A stretch of DNA of 32,000 nt from NCBI GenBank assembly GCA_963675515.1, contig OY776328.1:2040001-2072000 (forward strand). Direction: 5' to 3'. Positions 28,286 through 32,000 of the stretch are shown here, in pieces. The translations under genes were made by a program, and so were the position numbers. The notes under the pieces were generated by a model. It was not told the DNA's origin and ran no database searches. It was given only the letters and a program-made list of their open reading frames with translations. Origin of the DNA: Coprobacillaceae bacterium (lineage in GTDB: Bacteria > Bacillota_I > Bacilli_A > Erysipelotrichales > Coprobacillaceae). How positions within the stretch are numbered: the stretch's first letter is position 1; every line of letters begins with the position of its first letter.

Positions 28286-28476
28286 TTCGCTCTCCTTGTC
28301 TTTTATTGTTGCCTGTTCATCCAGCAGGTAGGCAATCTTGTTACAGACAAATCATACACCTAAAAATATATTTCGTCAATAAGTGTTATAACAAAATATA
28401 ATTTCATGACAATAGTAATGTTCAGCTAATTGCCGCCAGATCAATCATTTCATAATCCCGATATGGGAAGAATAGG

Positions 28477-28516
28477 AAAAGGTGCCACCCTTGGAATTTC
28501 TTCCTGGGTCACACCT
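28477..28516 (-). terminator. Probable terminator after the esterase lipoprotein gene
   Basis: Minus strand AGGUGUGACCC..GGGUGGCACCU (one mismatch, one G-U pair) followed by UUUU. Confidence 0.5.
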
Positions 28517-28550
28517 TCAAGATAAGGAATATATTAATGGAGAGATGATG

Positions 28551-29855
28551 TTAGTTAAGCTGTTCAGCGATCCAAGACCAAGAATCTTGACCTGTTGTAT
28601 CATCGACAGCTTCATTATTGTCGAAATAGATCCATGACCAGTGTCCTGAATATTGGTATGGATTACCATCAGCATCTTTGTACATACCTGATGTGTCAAC
28701 CACGTGTTCAGGTGAGAATACTTTGACGTTTTGAGCTCCGGCATCCATCAATCTTTGGATTGTTGGAATTTCACAGTTTGCAGGGATTACTGTTGTGTCA
28801 TCTTCAGAATAGATGAAGAAGATATTTTGATCTTTCAATGCTGCGATTTGATCATCAGTGATCAAATCGTCTGTCTTGGCTTCACAGATAGGCACTCCAG
28901 CCACGAAGTAGTCTGGGTAGTTGATCATCATGTCCATAGTCATGAAACCACCATTTGAACATCCGGCGATAACCACTTGAGTCGCACCGTATTCAGCCTT
29001 GTAGCTTTCGATAAGTTCCATCAAGCTTTCAGTGTACATGCTTGAGTTGTCAGAAGTGTAGTTTCCAGTACCGTCATCCATCCACATAGTTGGTGATTGA
29101 GGCGCCAGGATTGCCGCTCCACCAATAGTTGTCTGGAATTCTTCTCCAGCCAAAGCTGTAACTTTGTTTGCTAAAACCGGAATCAACGGTGATGAACCTT
29201 CAGTTTCCCCTTCACCGGCACCATGGAGCCATACGAACAGTGTATCTGATTTTTCAGCTGGTTCATAAGTCACGTAATTGTAAGTCACACCATCTGTCGC
29301 TTCGAATGTATCAGCTTCAAACATATCTGCCGAAGTTGTATAGCTTGTTGCTTCAGTATCGATTGTGAATGTTGTTACCGTTTCTCCAAGTGAATCAACA
29401 GTAGCTCCTTCAGCCAACGCGAATGTCAGAGTATAAGGATCTGCCCATGAATTTCGCGATGTAGTCATTGAGTAGTTGAACGGCGAACCGTCATCAGGGC
29501 TCACATACATTTCAACCGCCACATATTTGCTGTCGCCTTCAACCGCATTACCGTCTTCGTCGCACAGATAGACATTTGTGACTTCTCTTGTGAAGTCAGA
29601 AACCTTGACTGCAAAGTCTGCATCAGTCCAGTCAGTAGCTGATTTTGTTTCGGTAACTGTAAGGTCCGCCGCGTCGATTTCACTCAATTTGTGATCCAGG
29701 GTCAATACTGCCTTGTTTACGCTTGAACCCCAGTCATAACCTGTCACCTGATAAGTGTATGTACCTTCGATGGTGTCGCTTCCAGTATCGCCACTTGAGC
29801 AAGCTACCAGTCCAAGGGCCATAAAAGCCGATAAAACCAATCTTGATTTCTTCAT
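28551..29855 (-). CDS. Lipoprotein with a C-terminal alpha/beta-hydrolase (esterase-like) domain
   Basis: Start at ATG 29855 (AAGGAGG RBS), lipobox LVACS, LFVWLHGAGEG and GCSNGG (GxSxG-type) motifs. Confidence 0.75.
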   Translation of the reverse strand: MKKSRLVLSAFMALGLVACSSGDTGSDTIEGTYTYQVTGYDWGSSVNKAVLTLDHKLSEIDAADLTVTETKSATDWTDADFAVKVSDFTREVTNVYLCDEDGNAVEGDSKYVAVEMYVSPDDGSPFNYSMTTSRNSWADPYTLTFALAEGATVDSLGETVTTFTIDTEATSYTTSADMFEADTFEATDGVTYNYVTYEPAEKSDTLFVWLHGAGEGETEGSSPLIPVLANKVTALAGEEFQTTIGGAAILAPQSPTMWMDDGTGNYTSDNSSMYTESLMELIESYKAEYGATQVVIAGCSNGGFMTMDMMINYPDYFVAGVPICEAKTDDLITDDQIAALKDQNIFFIYSEDDTTVIPANCEIPTIQRLMDAGAQNVKVFSPEHVVDTSGMYKDADGNPYQYSGHWSWIYFDNNEAVDDTTGQDSWSWIAEQLN

Positions 29856-30175
29856 TGAATTCTCCTCCTTGAAAACATGAATTAATAATATAACAAATTC
29901 AAAGCGCTTGCATCCCAAATTGTAACCGATATCATGGTGTTTAATAACTTCTTGATTTTTGCTGCCGGTTGATTAAATACATGTTGAACTTTTAGCCACA
30001 TTAGCAACAACCATGTAACCAATCATCCTCAAATAATGATTCAACTCAAACTTAAAAGTTGAAATGACTAATCAATGGGTGTATAAATAAAGTAGGAAGC
30101 AACAAATCATTAATAATTTGGATCGTAAAATTGTTTAAAGCAGTTCGCATCAAATCACTATAAGCGGAGGAATCT

Positions 30176-30505
30176 ATGGAATACATCAAGATTGCGACAA
30201 CCGACGAGGTTGGCAAAAACCAGAAAAAGAAAATTACGCTAAAAGACATGACCATCCTGCTGGTCAATGTCGAAGGAACTTACTATGCCCTTGACAACAA
30301 GTGCCCCCACATGGGCGGATCACTTTTCGACGGTATTCTTACGGGCAATGGAATCACCTGCCCGAGACACAAGACCACATTTGATGTGACAACCGGCAAG
30401 GTAGTGGTTCCTGGCAAAATGGCCTTTATCAAGGTCAACCCCGGTGATGCCCGTACTTTTCCAGTCAGAGTGGTCGGGTCCGACATCCTGGTGGGCATCG
30501 AATGA
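30176..30505 (+). CDS. Rieske [2Fe-2S] domain protein
   Basis: CPHMGG and CPRHKT cluster ligand motifs; 109 aa; GGAGG RBS. Confidence 0.88.
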   Translation: MEYIKIATTDEVGKNQKKKITLKDMTILLVNVEGTYYALDNKCPHMGGSLFDGILTGNGITCPRHKTTFDVTTGKVVVPGKMAFIKVNPGDARTFPVRVVGSDILVGIE

Positions 30506-30543
30506 TTTTAGTTTTTCATAATGAATCTTATTTAATTTCGCAA

Positions 30544-30576
30544 AAGAGACAAGACCAATATGGCTTGCCTCTTTTT
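30544..30576 (+). terminator. Probable terminator after the Rieske gene
   Basis: AGAGACAAGACC..GGCUUGCCUCU: imperfect stem followed by UUUUU. Confidence 0.45.
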
Positions 30577-30697
30577 AGGTATGATCTGAACACTTATAGA
30601 AATGATTCTTTAATGAATGATAAATGATTGGAAACCACATCCTGTGACCTCATTTCCAGATCACGCAGCCACACAGTTGACCTGACAAAATTCACAA

Positions 30698-31822
30698 TCA
30701 GAAGACACTTTGATATATTTCATAAATATGATCACGATTGAACTCAAGGTACCCACAACCAAGCAACCGCTTTTGATTGGTGTAGACGCTGTCGGTGAAC
30801 TCACCTAGTTCACCCAATGTTATTTCGTATGTGCTCAGCCTTTTGATTGGGATGATTGTGAGCAGCATATTTTCCAGGCTCTCAAGCCACTGTTCCTTGG
30901 GGCATTGGAGAATTTTTGCGACAATATCTTTCAAGCTGTCAAATCGGGATTCTCCATCCAAATCATCAAGGGCCTGATATTGTTTCAAAACCGCAACCAG
31001 GAAAGTGTAGTTGGACTCTCCATGGGGTACGTGGTATTTCGTGCCCAAAGGGTAAGATATGCCGTGAACCGGACCGCAACTGGAATTCCCGAATGCATAA
31101 CCAGCCACCAGGCTGGCCATCAAGAAATCGGAAAGTTTTTCCTTATATCTCTTTGTCCCCATGGCTGTCAATTCCAGATAATTTTCCAGCAGCAGTTCGA
31201 TTGCCAATCTCGATTGGCTAAGTGATATTGGCGTAGCCAATGGCGACAGGAAAGACTCGATGGCATGAGTCAGAGCATCCAGGCTGCTGGCAGCGAAGAC
31301 GTCGTAAGGCAAGTCATTGAGCAGTTCAAAGATCATAACGGCATGATTGGCAAACAAGGCGTCATGAGCCAGCGCATACTTGGTCGCCAAAGACTCGATT
31401 GCCAGTACGGAAATGTTTGTCACCTCCGACCCGGTCCCGCAAGTTGTGGGTATCAATATGAGCTCCTTGGTCCGATGCGGTTCAACTTTTTTCATAAACA
31501 GATATTCCAAAGAGATTGAATTGTCAATGACCAGCAGCTTGCTCACATCAAGAATGCTGCCGCCGCCGATGCCGATAACCCGGTCATAATTAAGCAGGCT
31601 CAAATCCTGTTGCATTTTTTCCATATCCCGGCTGGTCGGTTCACCATCAAAATAGCTGCGAAAGTCGATGAAGGTGGCACTTCCTAGATGTTTTTCCAGG
31701 TACTTTTCATAAAGTCGTTTGCTTGCAAGAACCAGGTCTTTACTTGTGAACGGGAATTCTCTGACGAAATCCGCTACAGTATCATATGTTGAAATTTCTG
31801 GCGCGATTTTAAAGCTGTTCAT
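30698..31822 (-). CDS. Iron-containing alcohol dehydrogenase family protein (intact paralogue)
   Basis: GIGGGSILDVSK, PTTCGTGSEV, DALTHAIES and GPVHGISYPLGTKYHVPHG motifs. Confidence 0.85.
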   Translation of the reverse strand: MNSFKIAPEISTYDTVADFVREFPFTSKDLVLASKRLYEKYLEKHLGSATFIDFRSYFDGEPTSRDMEKMQQDLSLLNYDRVIGIGGGSILDVSKLLVIDNSISLEYLFMKKVEPHRTKELILIPTTCGTGSEVTNISVLAIESLATKYALAHDALFANHAVMIFELLNDLPYDVFAASSLDALTHAIESFLSPLATPISLSQSRLAIELLLENYLELTAMGTKRYKEKLSDFLMASLVAGYAFGNSSCGPVHGISYPLGTKYHVPHGESNYTFLVAVLKQYQALDDLDGESRFDSLKDIVAKILQCPKEQWLESLENMLLTIIPIKRLSTYEITLGELGEFTDSVYTNQKRLLGCGYLEFNRDHIYEIYQSVF

Positions 31823-31836
31823 AGTTCCACCTTCTT

Positions 31837-32000
31837 CTATGCCTGGGCATTTTCAAGGGCATCATCCAGGATATCCAGGCCTGCAAGCAACTGTTCATCC
31901 GTTATGACCAATGGAGCCAGGAATCTGATGACGTTGCCATATGCTCCGGCATTTTCGATCAATAGGCCATGGCGGAAACAATAATCAATGACCGCGTTGA
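31837..32000 (-). CDS. Class-III (GabT-like) aminotransferase, C-terminal 53 codons (gene runs off the right edge)
   Basis: The minus frame reads ..NAVIDYCFRHGLLIENAGAYGNVIRFLAPLVITDEQLLAGLDILDDALENAQA-stop, the characteristic C-terminus of this family. Its stop lies 14 nt before the Fe-ADH start. Confidence 0.7.
   Translation of the reverse strand, partial: NAVIDYCFRHGLLIENAGAYGNVIRFLAPLVITDEQLLAGLDILDDALENAQA

Overview
Chromosomal-looking segment, mostly minus-strand genes at mid-40s % G+C by eye, from an anaerobe of probable Firmicutes type. The left end carries an [FeFe]-hydrogenase maturation operon (TM1266-like ACT protein, hydE, hydG, hydF running off the edge) behind a terminator-containing leader. 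Between 3.7 and 12.2 kb sit three unrelated mobile elements. (1) An IS110-family DEDD recombinase has a ~250-nt ORF-free 5' end, which is where this family encodes its bridge RNA; it lies directly against the start of a GH1 6-phospho-beta-glucosidase gene. (2) A 2590-nt group II intron (GUGCG 5' end, EBS1/IBS1 pairing, domain V, RT/maturase/HNH ORF) splits the GH1 gene inside the codon of the catalytic glutamate of TFNEIN. Its RT ORF carries a +1 frameshift. (3) A complete IS200/IS605 element (tnpA plus tnpB) has subterminal hairpins and the region expected to give the TnpB omega RNA. The remainder is ordinary accessory metabolism and envelope genes: two Fe-ADH genes (one decayed), phnA, two lipoproteins (one LRR), an SDR, YitT-like and YczE-like membrane proteins, a Crp/Fnr regulator, two RpiR regulators, an ABC-2 exporter, a Gfo/Idh/MocA oxidoreductase, rpiA, an esterase lipoprotein, a Rieske protein and a class-III aminotransferase. 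At least four ORFs are frameshifted, one of them exactly at a (TGGA)4 repeat. There is also an ORF-less GC-rich island at 18.25-18.47 kb. No tRNA, rRNA or CRISPR array was seen. All homology calls come from motif recognition by eye; no database search was run.
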